Source of the DNA: Scenedesmus sp. PABB004
Taxonomy: Eukaryota
DNA: 64,000 bases
Reading direction: 5' to 3'
NCBI GenBank assembly: GCA_014905635.1
Contig: JABVCE010000025.1
Span: forward strand, 372,001-436,000
Part shown: positions 25,175 to 35,262 of the stretch, one piece after another
Numbering within the stretch: position 1 is the first letter of the stretch
How the letters are laid out: the number at the start of each line of letters is the position of its first letter
The notes under the pieces: model-generated
What the model saw: the letters and a program-made list of their open reading frames with translations, nothing else
The model's database searches: none
Told to the model about the DNA's origin: nothing
Position numbers and translations under genes: made by a program

Positions 25175-26732
25175 ACCGCCGTCGGGCGCGCAGCTGGGCG
25201 AGGGCCCGGGCGGCGCGGCGGCGCGCGGCGGCGCCGCGCCGGCGTCACGCTCGCCGTGGATCATCCACGCCGAGAAGGTCGGGTACTGCGCGGTGGGGAT
25301 GGGCGCGAGGTAGCGCACGCACACCGCCTGCTGCAGGAACGACGCGGTCGGCAGCCCCGCCGCGCCGCCGCCGCCGGCGCCGGCGCCAGCGCCCGGCCCC
25401 GCCGCGCCGTTGCCGCAGAGCTGGAAGTACGTGCTGCACGCCGCGGCGAGCGTGAGGCTGTTGAGCAGGATGCAGGAGCAGACCGCCTGCCGCGTCGCGC
25501 CTGCGGGCGCGGGCGCGGGTGAAGGTGCGGGCCCGGCGGGGTCGGCCGCCGGCGGTCGGCTGCGCGCGAGGGCCCTGCCGCGCGCGGCGCGCGCCGCGCC
25601 CGCACCCGGCGCGGGCGTGAGGAGCTTGGCGTGCGTGAGCAGCAGCTGCAGGCCGTGCAGCACGCCGAGCACGAGCAGGCTGCTCGCGGCGATGGAGAGG
25701 CCGAGGCTCACGTCGGCCTTGACGTCGATGCCCAGCGCCTCGAGGCTGGGCAGGTGGCAAAAGAGCGCTGAGCACAGCCACACGATGTACAGCGAGTAAA
25801 AGTTCAGGTACCCCCTGCGGCAACCCAAGCGCGACGTTGGCCGGTCGGCCGGGCGCGTTTGCTTGCGGCGGCGGGCGTCGAGCGCGTGGCCGGCGGGCCG
25901 GCGGCGGGCCGCGGCGGCGGGCGGGCGCGCCCCGCGGCGGCGGGCGGGCGCGCCGCGCGTGCGCGCGCCTGTGCGCCGAGCCGAGGCCGCGCCGCACAAA
26001 GGGGCGCATGTAGAGGTAGGCAAAGCACACGAGCGCGCCTGCACGGCACGGCACGGCGCGCGCGCGCGGCACCGGCGCTCAGCGCGCAGCGGCGGGCGGC
26101 TCAGCGCGCGCAGCGCGCAGCGTGCGCGGCCACCGCTTGCGGCTGCGCGCGCCGCGGCGGGGCGCGCGGCGGAGCGCGGGGCGCACCATAGAGGTAGAAC
26201 CACTTTTTGCTGACGTGGTAGCGGTCCACGATGCCCTGCGGCGCCGGCGCCGGCGGCGGCGGGTGTGGCCGCGCGCGCGGCCGTGCGCGGCAGTGCGCAG
26301 GCCGCGTGCGACCGGCACGCGCGCTGCGCGTGCCGCGCCGCCGGCGCGGCGCGCGCGCGCTGCGCAGGGCCGCCGCTGCCGAGTGGCGACGCGCGCCGCG
26401 CGCGGCCAGATGCCCGGCCACCGTGGCGAGATTCCCCCGCGCGGCGTCGCGGCCGCGCGCCGTCTGGCGGGGGCGGTTGGCCCGCCCCCGGCCGCCGCTG
26501 CGCGCGCTGCCGCGGCCCAGGGCACTTGATGCGGCGCCGCAACACCTGACGGCGCGCCAGCGGCGCTGCGGCGCAACGCGCCGCGCCCGCGGCGGCGCGC
26601 GGCGCTGCTCCGCACCTGCGCGCTCGACGCCCACAGGTAGCACAGCCCGAACGCGCCGGCCAGGTACACTCCCAGCTGGGTGTGCTGGAAAGCCACACCC
26701 TGCGCCTGCACGCTGTCGTCATCGCGGGCCAT
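17602..26732 (-). CDS. Large multi-pass membrane calcineurin-like metallophosphoesterase, many exons, with long low-complexity inserts
   Basis: N-terminal TM segments. WLDFIADTGDGGN, LIGGDLAYP, AIPGNHDW.DGL, SYFALRLPAGWWVFGLDLAL, HLAGDLHFYMRH, NGLGGAFLHPTH, HYDEAFSALRIANFKG. Resembles the plant At4g11800/At4g23000-type family (from recall). Confidence 0.88.
18404..18440. repeat. 37-nt poly-G tract (poly-C on the sense strand, 3' end of an intron)
   Basis: Uninterrupted G run next to an acceptor. Confidence 0.9.
19445..19458. repeat. Two TTTAGGG telomere-type repeats (telo-box) at an intron 3' end
   Basis: tttagggtttaggg directly before the AG acceptor on the minus strand. Confidence 0.6.
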
Positions 26733-26998
26733 GGCGCGCAGGCTGCTCCCGAGATGTGTCCGCAGCTGCTGCTCCGGGCGCCAGGCGGCCGCGCCGCCCG
26801 CCCGAGGACTCTTTCAACGCATGCGTTAACTGAGACGGCGCGCCCAGGCGGCAGGCGCGCGTGCGGGCGACTGGCAGCAGTGCTGCCACGGGGGACAGCT
26901 GCACGCTCTCTGGCGCGCGGGCGCCCCTAGCGCGAGCGCAGGCGGCGTCGGGACGGGCGGTGTCGCGCGGGGTGCGCGTGGGCGCGATCAGGCGGGCC

Positions 26999-27003
26999 TT
27001 ACA
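26999..27003 (-). terminator. Poly(A) signal TGTAA for the F-box gene
   Basis: TGTAA ~27 nt after the stop at 27030. Confidence 0.55.
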
Positions 27004-27029
27004 CAACCACAACCGCGAGCCGCCGCACC

Positions 27030-28868
27030 TCACGCCAGGCGGGCCGGCAGGCCGGTCGCGCGCGCAAAGAGCGAGAACGAGTTGACGGGGCGGTGCCAAA
27101 TCAGGCCGAACGCGTCGTCGTCAAAGACGAGCAGCTCGGCGCCGATGATCGACGGCGAATTGAAGCCGCTGAACGCAATCTGCGCCCGCCCCCGGTAGCG
27201 CTCCTGTGCCCCCGGCGGCGGCGGCGGCGGCGGCGCGTGTCGGCCGGCGCGCCGCGCGGCAGCGCGCGACTGCTGCGCAGCCTCGGACGCCGCGCGCGCG
27301 CGGCGCGGCGCAGCGCGCGCGGCCGCCGCCGGGGCGCACCCTGACGCGCAGCTCGCGCGTGCCCGCGCGCCCGTGCAGCGCGACGTCGCTGTCGGCGCCG
27401 GGCGGGAGCACGAGCGCCTCGCCCGCGCTCGCCACGCAGCGGCTCGCGACGTCCACCGCGAACGACGCGCGGCCCACGGGCACGTTGAGGTCCCCCGTGA
27501 GCTTGCGCGCGACGAGCAGCAGCTGCGGCGCGGCGCCGCCGCGGTCGGCCTGCACGCCCGGCTCCTCCGCCGCGCCGTGGGCCGGCGGCGGCGGCGGCGC
27601 GTCCACCTCCATGGCGCCCGCGCCGTCGGCGGGCGCGTCGCCAGGGCCGCCCAGGCCGGCGACGCCCGCGAGCAGCACGCCGGGCGCCGGGTCGGGGTCG
27701 GCGTCCGCGTCCGGCGCGCCGCGTCCGCGCCCCCACAGCGCGCCCGGCGCCGCGCGCACGAGCGCGAGCTGCAGCACCTCCACGCCGTGCGCGCCGTAGG
27801 TGCCGCGCCACACGCCGAGCAGCGCGCGCGCGCGGCGGCGGCCGGGCCGCCGTCTGCGCCGCCGTCGGCGCCGCCGCCGGCGCCGCTCTCGGCCCACGAG
27901 CAGTCGAGGGGCACGAACCGCGGAACCTCAAAGCTCGGCAGCACGTCGTTGAGCGACACCAGGTGCAGCCAGTCGAGCGAGGGCGCGGGCGCGAGGTCCG
28001 GCAGCGGCGGCGCCGCGCCGCGCGGCACCGCGGCCGCCCCGCTGCTCGCCGGCGCGACCGCCGCGTAGGGCCGCGAGCGGAGGCGGCGGTTGGTGACCTC
28101 GCTCAAGGCGCTGTCGCAGTGCCCAGCGCAGCAGAGCGTGAAGCCGGCCGCGAAGCCGCCCGCGACCACCGGCCGCAGCTCGGCGGGGCTCTCAAAGCGC
28201 TCCGCGCCATGCTTGTCGCGCCAGCAGCTCACGGCAGCTTTGGCCTGGCCGTGGCGGGCAGCGCCCGGGGCGTCGGCGGCGGGTCGCGCGCGTGGGCGCG
28301 CGCGCGCGCGCACATGCATGCAGCGCCGCGCCGCGCCGCGCCGCGCCGCGCCGCGCCGCGCCGGGCTCGGCCCCACCTTGGCGCCGCCCGGCGGCAGCTC
28401 GATCGTCATGACGTCGTGGCAGAGCGGGCCGGCGTTGAGGGAGTCGTAGAAGAGCGAGCGGCCCACGAGCCGCGGCGGTGCCGCGTCGACCGTCAGCACG
28501 ATGCCGCTCGGCCACGTCGCGCTGTGCCAGCCGCGCTGTGCCAGCAGGGCGCCGAAAGGCCGCAGCAGGCCCAGGTACAGGTGCTGCGAGTCGGCCGCGC
28601 CCCAGTCGCGCGGGCTGGCCGACGCGCCGGGCGGCAGGGCAGCGGCGCAGCGCGCCGCCCAGACGCTGTCGCAGCCCGCCGCCGCGCGCGCGGCGCGGCA
28701 GGTCGCGGCGAAGGCGAACACAGACGGCGGGTCGTCCGCGAGTGTGGAGAGGATTTGGGAGAGTAGCGGCGCCGGGAGGTCGAGCAGCGCTGCTCCCGCG
28801 CCGCCGGGGCCCGCTGCTCCCGCGCCGCCGCCGGGGCCCGGGGCGGGCGCCACCGCCGCGTCCAGCAT
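27030..28868 (-). CDS. F-box protein with a C-terminal DUF3506/cyclin-D1-binding-like domain (FBXO31-like), apparent frameshift at ~27830
   Basis: F-box LLDLPAPLLSQIL...FAATCR...DSVW. GVWRGTYGAHGVEVL, ARKLTGDLNVPVG, YRGRAQIAFSGF. Confidence 0.75.
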   Translation of the reverse strand: MLDAAVAPAPGPGGGAGAAGPGGAGAALLDLPAPLLSQILSTLADDPPSVFAFAATCRAARAAAGCDSVWAARCAAALPPGASASPRDWGAADSQHLYLGLLRPFGALLAQRGWHSATWPSGIVLTVDAAPPRLVGRSLFYDSLNAGPLCHDVMTIELPPGGAKVGPSPARRGAARRGAARRCMHVRARARPRARPAADAPGAARHGQAKAAVSCWRDKHGAERFESPAELRPVVAGGFAAGFTLCCAGHCDSALSEVTNRRLRSRPYAAVAPASSGAAAVPRGAAPPLPDLAPAPSLDWLHLVSLNDVLPSFEVPRFVPLDCSWAESGAGGGADGGADGGPAAAARARCSACGAAPTARTAWRCCSSRSCARRRARCGGADAARRTRTPTPTRRPACCSRASPAWAALATRPPTARAPWRWTRRRRRRPTARRRSRACRPTAAAPRRSCCSSRASSRGTSTCPWAARRSRWTSRAAAWRARARRSCSRPAPTATSRCTGARARASCASGCAPAAAARAAPRRARAASEAAQQSRAAARRAGRHAPPPPPPPGAQERYRGRAQIAFSGFNSPSIIGAELLVFDDDAFGLIWHRPVNSFSLFARATGLPARLA

Positions 28869-29230
28869 GGAAGTGTTGCGGTCTGCGTCTGGGAGCGGCG
28901 CTGGGGGCCGCTGGGCGCGCCGTCGGCGACGCGGCGGCGGCGGGGCGCACGTGTGGCGCTGCCGCGAGCGGCGGCGACGGCTAGACGCTGTGCCGGATCG
29001 CTGCCACGGGGCGCGTGCAGGGACGGAGACCGGGAGGTCTGCAATCAGGCAGCGAGTCACGCGCGAGGGCGGCGGCGGGGTTCAGCCAAAAGCGCAGCGC
29101 GCTGCGCCGCTCGCGCACGCCCGCGCCCGTCAGTCGTCGTCGTCGTCGCTGCTGGCGCCGCCCGACCCGCCGCCCCAGGCGGCGACGCCGTCGTCGTCGT
29201 CGTCGCTGGTGAGCGGGTCCTCGTCCACGG

Positions 29231-30934
29231 TCACGGGTCGGGGCGGCACTCGAGCTGCTCGACCACGTGCTGCGCGATGCCGCGGCTCGGCACCGTCAGC
29301 CGCTCGAGCGCGGGCAGGCCGAGCAGCCCCGCGGGCAGGCGCCACAGCGACGCGCTGCCGCCCACGTCCAGCACCCGCAGGCGCGAGAGGCGCGACACGT
29401 CCTCCGGGAGCTCCGCGAGCACGTTGTCGCCCAGCAGCAGCTCGGTGAGGCCGACGCACTCGAGCAGCTCCTCGCCGAGCCAGCGAATGCCGCAGCCGCG
29501 AGCGTCGAGGGAGTCGAGCCCGGTCAGCGCCAGCGCGCGCGGCAGCACCATGAGCTGCCGGTTGTGCGCGAGGCTGAGGCGGCGCAGCGCGCGCAGCGCG
29601 CCCAGCTCCGGCAGCAGCCCCGCCTGCGCCGTGTGCGGCAGCGCGGGCAGGAGCAGCGCGGCGGGCAGCGCGGCCCGCGCGGCGGCGCCCGCGCCGCCGC
29701 CGCCCGCGCCCGCCGGCGCCTGCGCGGCCGCCGCGGCCGCGGCCGCCGCGGCGGCCGCCGCCGGCGCTGCGCTGGGGTCCGCCCAGAAGCCCGACGGCCC
29801 GACCAGGCTCAGCGCGGTGAGCGCGGAGAGCCCGGACAAGCCCGGCCCGAGGCTGCGCAGGCGCGGGTTGCCCGCGAGCTCGAGCTCCCGCAGCGCCGAC
29901 AGCGCGCTGATGCCCCGCGGCAGCTCAACGAGCGCGTCAAGGTTGGCCAGCACGAGCCGCGTGAGCCCCGTCGCGCCGCACACCGGCGCGGGCAGCTCCG
30001 CCGCCCAGGCGCAGCAAGACAGCGTCAGCGCGCGCAGCGCCGGCAGGCGCGGCAGCAGCGCGCCCAGCGCGTCGTCGGGCGCCGCCGCGAGGTCGCACGA
30101 GCACAGCGCGAGCTCGCGCAGCGCGCCGAGCGCGGCGCCCGGCGGGGGCGCGCCGCCCGCGCCCCGGGGCGGCGCCGGGTGCGCCGCCTGCGCCGCCAGC
30201 GCGCCCAGCATGCGCGTGACGTCGCCCGCGCCGGTGAGCTCCAACACCTGGAGCGCCGTGAGCGCCGGCGCGGGCGCCGCCCACGCGGTGCCGCTCGCGC
30301 CGGCGCCGCCCGCGCCCGCCGCCAGGCCGCGCGCGAGCGCCGCCGCCACGGTGGGGCACTGCACCAGGCGCAGCACGTGCAGCCGGTTCAGCGCGCGCGG
30401 GTCCACCGCCGCCCAGCAGCAGCCCGCGCCGTCGCCGTGCGCCGCGGCGGCGGGCGGCGGCGCGGCAGCCGCTGCGGGGCGCGCGCCCGCCGACGGCGGC
30501 CACGCCGTGCCGCCGCCGCCGCCGCCCGCGCCCGGGCGCTGCTGCTGCTGCTGCTGCGCCAGGTGGTGCGGCCGCGGCGAGCCGCCCACGACCAGGCGGC
30601 GCAGGTTGGGCAGCTGCCGGAGCAGGGGCAGGTCGTCCGGCGGCAGCGCCGCCTCGTCGAGCCCCGCGTTCACCGCAGCGCGCCACGCGGCGCACACGCG
30701 CTTTACGTCGGCGCGCTTCCAGGGCGCGTGCGCCAGGATGGCGCCCAGGAAGGCGGGCGGCAGCTCCCGCCAGTCGCTGCGCGCGCGGCGGTGGCCGGCG
30801 GCGCACGCGGGAGGGCGTCGTCGGCTGTGTGTGCGCAGCCCGCCCGGCGCGGCGCGCGCATGGATCGCCGGCGCCGCGGCGCCGCACTTGACGGGCCCGG
30901 TATCGCCCGGGGAGCGCTCAGGCGGCGCCGCCAT
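29231..30934 (-). CDS. Leucine-rich repeat protein with an F-box-like N-terminus
   Basis: DWRELPPAFLGAIL...VCAAWR followed by repeated LxxLxLxxN/C units (LRELELAGNPRL, LRRLSLAHN, LTELLLGDN). The true C-terminus may be the acidic tail ending at 29130. Confidence 0.8.
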   Translation of the reverse strand: MAAPPERSPGDTGPVKCGAAAPAIHARAAPGGLRTHSRRRPPACAAGHRRARSDWRELPPAFLGAILAHAPWKRADVKRVCAAWRAAVNAGLDEAALPPDDLPLLRQLPNLRRLVVGGSPRPHHLAQQQQQQRPGAGGGGGGTAWPPSAGARPAAAAAPPPAAAAHGDGAGCCWAAVDPRALNRLHVLRLVQCPTVAAALARGLAAGAGGAGASGTAWAAPAPALTALQVLELTGAGDVTRMLGALAAQAAHPAPPRGAGGAPPPGAALGALRELALCSCDLAAAPDDALGALLPRLPALRALTLSCCAWAAELPAPVCGATGLTRLVLANLDALVELPRGISALSALRELELAGNPRLRSLGPGLSGLSALTALSLVGPSGFWADPSAAPAAAAAAAAAAAAAQAPAGAGGGGAGAAARAALPAALLLPALPHTAQAGLLPELGALRALRRLSLAHNRQLMVLPRALALTGLDSLDARGCGIRWLGEELLECVGLTELLLGDNVLAELPEDVSRLSRLRVLDVGGSASLWRLPAGLLGLPALERLTVPSRGIAQHVVEQLECRPDP

Positions 30935-31274
30935 GGAGCAGGCCGGCGGCGGCAGCGGCGGCGCCGGCAGCGGCGGCAGCGGCAGCAGCAGGAGTGGAGG
31001 CTGGCCGCGTGCGCTTCAGGCGGAGAGCGCGATGCTCTCGAATGCTGTGAACCGCGAGCGTGCGGGGCTTTGCCTGCGCCGCGGCGCGCCGCTCGGGATG
31101 CCCGCCCACGGCGCCACCAGCACGACGCGCCGCTCCCGCCGCGCCACATCCGCGCTCACCGACACGACTCGCTGTGACCAGACGCGCCGCAGCAGGCCGT
31201 GAGCCGACGCGCCCGCAGGCCAGCTCCTCCGCCCGTCCGCGCAAGGCGCGCCCGCGCTCCAGAGCCGCCCCGTC

Positions 31275-31916
31275 ATGGGCGTCGGTCCGGAGCAGCCGTC
31301 GGCGCCGCCGCTCTACCCGCCGCTGCCGCCCGCGTACGCCGCGCCCGGTGCGGCGGCGCGCCGGCGGCCTGCCCCAGCGGCCCCCAGCAGTGCGCCCGCC
31401 GCCACCACCGCGTGCCCACGCGCCGCCCCACGCCCACGCCGCAACGCGCCGCCGCCACCGCCGTGCGCAGGCGCGCCGCACCCGCCGCCGCCGCCGCCGA
31501 GCGGCTACCCGACCACGCCGCCGTACGGGGGGCAGGCGCTGGGCGTGCCGGCGGGGCTGCGCCCCATCGCGACGGCGCCGCCGCCGGGGGTGACCATGGC
31601 GGCGCACCACCACAGCGGCGCGCCGCTGCTCGCGGCGTCGGCGCCGCCCGAGACGATCACGGTTCAGTTCTACGACGAGGCCCGCCTCCAGCCCGCGCGT
31701 GCGGCGATGCTCGCGGCCTGCCCCGCGTGCCGCGCGACGGGGCCGACGCTCGTGCGGCGCGAGAGCGGGTGCTGCGCCTGGCTGAGCGCGTTCGCGCTGT
31801 GCTGGCTCTGCTTCCCCTGCTTCTGGCTGCCCTTCTGCCTCGACTGCGACAAGGACCTCGTGCACCGCTGCGGGACGTGCGGCAGCGAGCTCGCGCGCGT
31901 CAAGCCCTGGAAGTAG
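31275..31916 (+). CDS. LITAF-domain zinc-ribbon protein
   Basis: Pro-rich N-terminus, CPAC...hydrophobic Cys-rich segment...KDLVHRCGTCG. Confidence 0.88.
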   Translation: MGVGPEQPSAPPLYPPLPPAYAAPGAAARRRPAPAAPSSAPAATTACPRAAPRPRRNAPPPPPCAGAPHPPPPPPSGYPTTPPYGGQALGVPAGLRPIATAPPPGVTMAAHHHSGAPLLAASAPPETITVQFYDEARLQPARAAMLAACPACRATGPTLVRRESGCCAWLSAFALCWLCFPCFWLPFCLDCDKDLVHRCGTCGSELARVKPWK

Positions 31917-32382
31917 TGACGCGACGCGGCGCGGTTTGGCCGGGGGCGCAGGATGTGACACACTTGCTCGCGCGTGCCGCAGAAAAAAACCTGCTGCCTC
32001 GCCCAAGCCGCGCACGCACCCTTCAGCCGCCGATCGTGGCCCGCGACCGCCGCCGCTCCGCCGACAGCAGCAGCAGCGGCGGCAGCGGTCGCAGCCGCGC
32101 CGCCACACGCGCCCTGAGCCGCTGGTCGTGCGAGTCCGCAGCAGCAGCGCCGCCCCGCCTGCAGCGTCGCGCAACCCGCGGATCGCCAGCTCGGCCATCA
32201 CGCCCTCTCGGCCTCGCCACGCGTGCCGGCCTCCTGGCGCCCATGACGCCGCGCCGGAGCAGCGGGGGCTAGGGCGCTAGGCAGGGCGAGCAGGCGCAGC
32301 GCGTGGCGCGTGCGCGCCGAGCGCCGGCGGCGGCGCGACAGCAGCAGCAGCGGGGGGCGAGCGCCGCGGCGCCGCGGGCAAG

Positions 32383-35163
32383 ATGCGGGCGGCCGTGGTC
32401 GTGCTGTCGCTGTGCATGCTGATCACGGGCACCATCAACACCATCGCCACCAAGTACCAGGTGCGGCGGCAGAGAGGCGCTGCCCGCGCGCCCGCCGCTG
32501 CCGCGCGCAGCGGCGCCGCTCACGCGCCGCCGCGGCCGCCGCCAGGACATCACCGTGGTGGGCACGCTGCCCGACGGCACGCCGCTCACGTTCAAGCACC
32601 CGGCGGTGCAGAGCGCGTGCATGTTCTTCGGCGAGGCGCTCTGCCTCATACCCTACTTCATCCTCCGCTGGCGCCGCCGCAAGGCGCGGGCGCGGCGCGG
32701 CGCGGCGCCTGCCCCGCCACGCGCCGCGCGCGCCCCGCACCACGCCCCGCTCACGCGCCGTTCACGCGCCGCCGCGCAGGCGAAGCGGCGCGACCCGGCC
32801 TACGTGCCGATGGCGCGCGAGGAGAAGCGCAGCCGCCGGCTCGCGCGCGTGCTCGCGTTTGCGGTGCCCACGCTCTGCGACGCGACCGGCACGACGCTGA
32901 TGAACGTTGGCCTCATCTACACGTGCGCACCGTGACCACGCGAGGCGCGCGGTCACGCGCCACACCCCCACGCCGCCGCCGCGACTGCCGCCGCCACCGA
33001 CGCCGCCACCGCCTGCCCGCACCGCCGCCTGCGACCGCCGCGCAGCTACGCGTCGACGTACCAGATGCTGCGCGGCACGCTCGTGCTCTTCGCGGGGCTC
33101 TTCACCGTCACCCTGCTCCGCCGCCGGCTCTACATCCACAACTGGCTCGGCATGGTGCTCATCACCGCCGGCGCCGCGCTCGTGGGCGCGTCGAGCGCGC
33201 TCTACGCCGGCCCCGCGCCCGCGCCTGCCGACGGCGCCGGCGGCGGCGGCGCGCTCGCCGGCGCGCTGCACTACAGCGCCGGGCTCAGCCGCGTCGGCAG
33301 CCGCGGCCTGCTCGCCGGCGCCGGCGGCGCCGGCGCCGGCGCCGGCGCGGCGGGGCTGCTCGGCTTGCTGCGCGGCGGCGGCACCGGCGGCGGCGGCGCC
33401 GGCGCCGGCGGCGGCGCGGACGTCGCCGGCGCGCCGCTCTTTGGCGACGCGCTCGTCGTGGGCGCGCAGATGTTCACGGCGCTGCAGTTCATACTCGAGG
33501 AGAAGTTTCTGGTGAAGTACAAGGTGCGGCGGCGGCGCCAGCGGGCCCCCGCGTGCTGCCGCCGCGCGGGAACGCGCGAGCCGTGGGCGGGCCGCCGCCG
33601 CCGGTGCCGACCGGCGCGCGCGCGCGCGTCGCGCCGCCGCGCCTTGCCGCCAGGTGCCCGCGCTGCTCGCGGTCGGCCTGGAGGGCTGCTGGGGCCTCGT
33701 GCTGTGCGCGGTCGTGCTGCCGCTCGCGTCGAGCATCACCGGCGCGGACGGCCGCCCGCTCGACGACGCGCGCGAGGCGGTGTCGGCGATCCTGGGCAAC
33801 GCGCAGCTCGGCGCTGCGGTCTACACCTCCATACTCTCCATCGCGGCGTTCAACTTCTTCGGCATCAGCGGTGAGCGCGCGGGCACGCGCAGGGCGCGGC
33901 GCGGCGCGGCGCGGCGCGGGGCACGGCCGGCCGCGCGCGCCGCGCAACGCTGCCGCCGCGCGTCCGCGCGCAGTGACCAAGTCGCTGAGCGGCGCGGCGC
34001 GCGCGACGATCGACGCGGTGCGCACGCTCTTCATCTGGCTCTACGCCCTGCGCGCGGGCTGGGAGGCCTTCCACGGCCTCGAGGTGCTCGGCTTCATCGT
34101 GCTGCTCTGCGGGACGAGCCTGTACAACGAGATCCTCAAGTCATGCCTCCCGGGTGCGCCGGCGGCGGCGGCGGCGGCGCGCGGTGTGGCGCGGGGAGCG
34201 TGCGGCGTGGGGCGTGGGGCGCGGCGTGGCGCGGGGCAGCTGGCAGAGCGCGCGCGTGTGGGGTCAAGCAGGCCGGGCGCCGACGCCCGCCCGCCGCGCC
34301 GCGCAGGCACAACGCTCGTCGCGGAGGCGCCGCCGCCGCGCGCGCCGGCCGGGCGGCGCACGCGCGGGAGCGCGCCGGGCGCGCTCGCCGCGCGTGGCGG
34401 CGCGGCGCCCGCGTCGACGCCCGGCGGCGCGCGGGACGAGCTCGTGCTGCCGCTGCTGGCGCCCGCGGAGCGCGACGACGGCGGCGATGGCGCCGGCGGC
34501 GCGCCGCCGGGCCTTGGCGCCGGCCGCGGCCAGCGCGCACCGCCGGTGCCGCTGCGCGCGCCGCCGGTGCCGCTGCGCCGCCCCGTGCCGGCGCACGAGC
34601 CGCGCCTGTTTGACGCCGCCGCCGCGACGCCGGGCGCGTCGGGCGGCAGCTGGGTGTACACCATGGCGCGCAGCATGCGCATGGGCCTGCACACGCTCTC
34701 GCCGCAGTCGCTCGCCGCCACGGGCGGCCTCGCGCCGGACGAGCTCGACACCGGCTCCGAGAGCGACGGCAGCTACCTCAGCTCCACGCCCGGCGGCCTG
34801 CTCGCCGCGAGCCTCGGCCGCCGCAGCAGCGGCGGCATCTTCAACTACAGCGGCGGCGGCTCCGCAGTGGTGGGGCTGAGCCCGCCGCCCGGCGGCGGCG
34901 GCGGCAGCGGCGGCGGCGGCGGCGGCGGCGGGCTCGCGCTCGGCGGCGGGGGGCCGGCGCTGGCGCCGGGCGGCGGCCGCGGCGCGGGCGGGCTGACGGC
35001 GTCGTTCGCGCGCGACCGCCAGGCCGGCGGCGGCGTGCGGCGGAGCAGCTCCGCGTCGGGCATGGCGCGGAGCGCGTCGTTCGGCAGCCTGCCGCGCGCG
35101 TCGAGCGGCGGCGGCAGCAGCCGTGGCAGCGGGGGCGGCGACGGGCGGCCGCAGCAGCAGTGA
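32383..35163 (+). CDS. SLC35F6-like DMT/nucleotide-sugar transporter family protein, spliced
   Basis: MLITGTINTIATKYQ, FKHPAVQSACMFFGEALCL, PTLCDATGTTLMNVGL, ASTYQMLRG, QFILEEKFL, SIAAFNFFGISVTKSLSGAARATIDAVRT. Confidence 0.9.
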   Translation: MRAAVVVLSLCMLITGTINTIATKYQVRRQRGAARAPAAAARSGAAHAPPRPPPGHHRGGHAARRHAAHVQAPGGAERVHVLRRGALPHTLLHPPLAPPQGAGAARRGACPATRRARPAPRPAHAPFTRRRAGEAARPGLRADGARGEAQPPARARARVCGAHALRRDRHDADERWPHLHVRTVTTRGARSRATPPRRRRDCRRHRRRHRLPAPPPATAAQLRVDVPDAARHARALRGALHRHPAPPPALHPQLARHGAHHRRRRARGRVERALRRPRARACRRRRRRRRARRRAALQRRAQPRRQPRPARRRRRRRRRRRRGGAARLAARRRHRRRRRRRRRRRGRRRRAALWRRARRGRADVHGAAVHTRGEVSGEVQGAAAAPAGPRVLPPRGNARAVGGPPPPVPTGARARVAPPRLAARCPRCSRSAWRAAGASCCARSCCRSRRASPARTAARSTTRARRCRRSWATRSSALRSTPPYSPSRRSTSSASAVSARARAGRGAARRGAGHGRPRAPRNAAAARPRAVTKSLSGAARATIDAVRTLFIWLYALRAGWEAFHGLEVLGFIVLLCGTSLYNEILKSCLPGAPAAAAAARGVARGACGVGRGARRGAGQLAERARVGSSRPGADARPPRRAGTTLVAEAPPPRAPAGRRTRGSAPGALAARGGAAPASTPGGARDELVLPLLAPAERDDGGDGAGGAPPGLGAGRGQRAPPVPLRAPPVPLRRPVPAHEPRLFDAAAATPGASGGSWVYTMARSMRMGLHTLSPQSLAATGGLAPDELDTGSESDGSYLSSTPGGLLAASLGRRSSGGIFNYSGGGSAVVGLSPPPGGGGGSGGGGGGGGLALGGGGPALAPGGGRGAGGLTASFARDRQAGGGVRRSSSASGMARSASFGSLPRASSGGGSSRGSGGGDGRPQQQ

Positions 35164-35262
35164 GCGGGCGCGCGGGGCCTCCGGCGTAGGGGCAAGAGTG
35201 TGTGCGGTGTGTGTACAGAGAGCGGCCGCGGGCGTTGGGGCACGGCAACAGCGCGCACGAGC

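Noticed and set aside
26455..26557. 10-bp inverted repeat enclosing a hairpin in the long first intron of the metallophosphoesterase
   Set aside because: It has no properly spaced C/D or H/ACA boxes and no target. Such stems arise readily by chance at this GC content.
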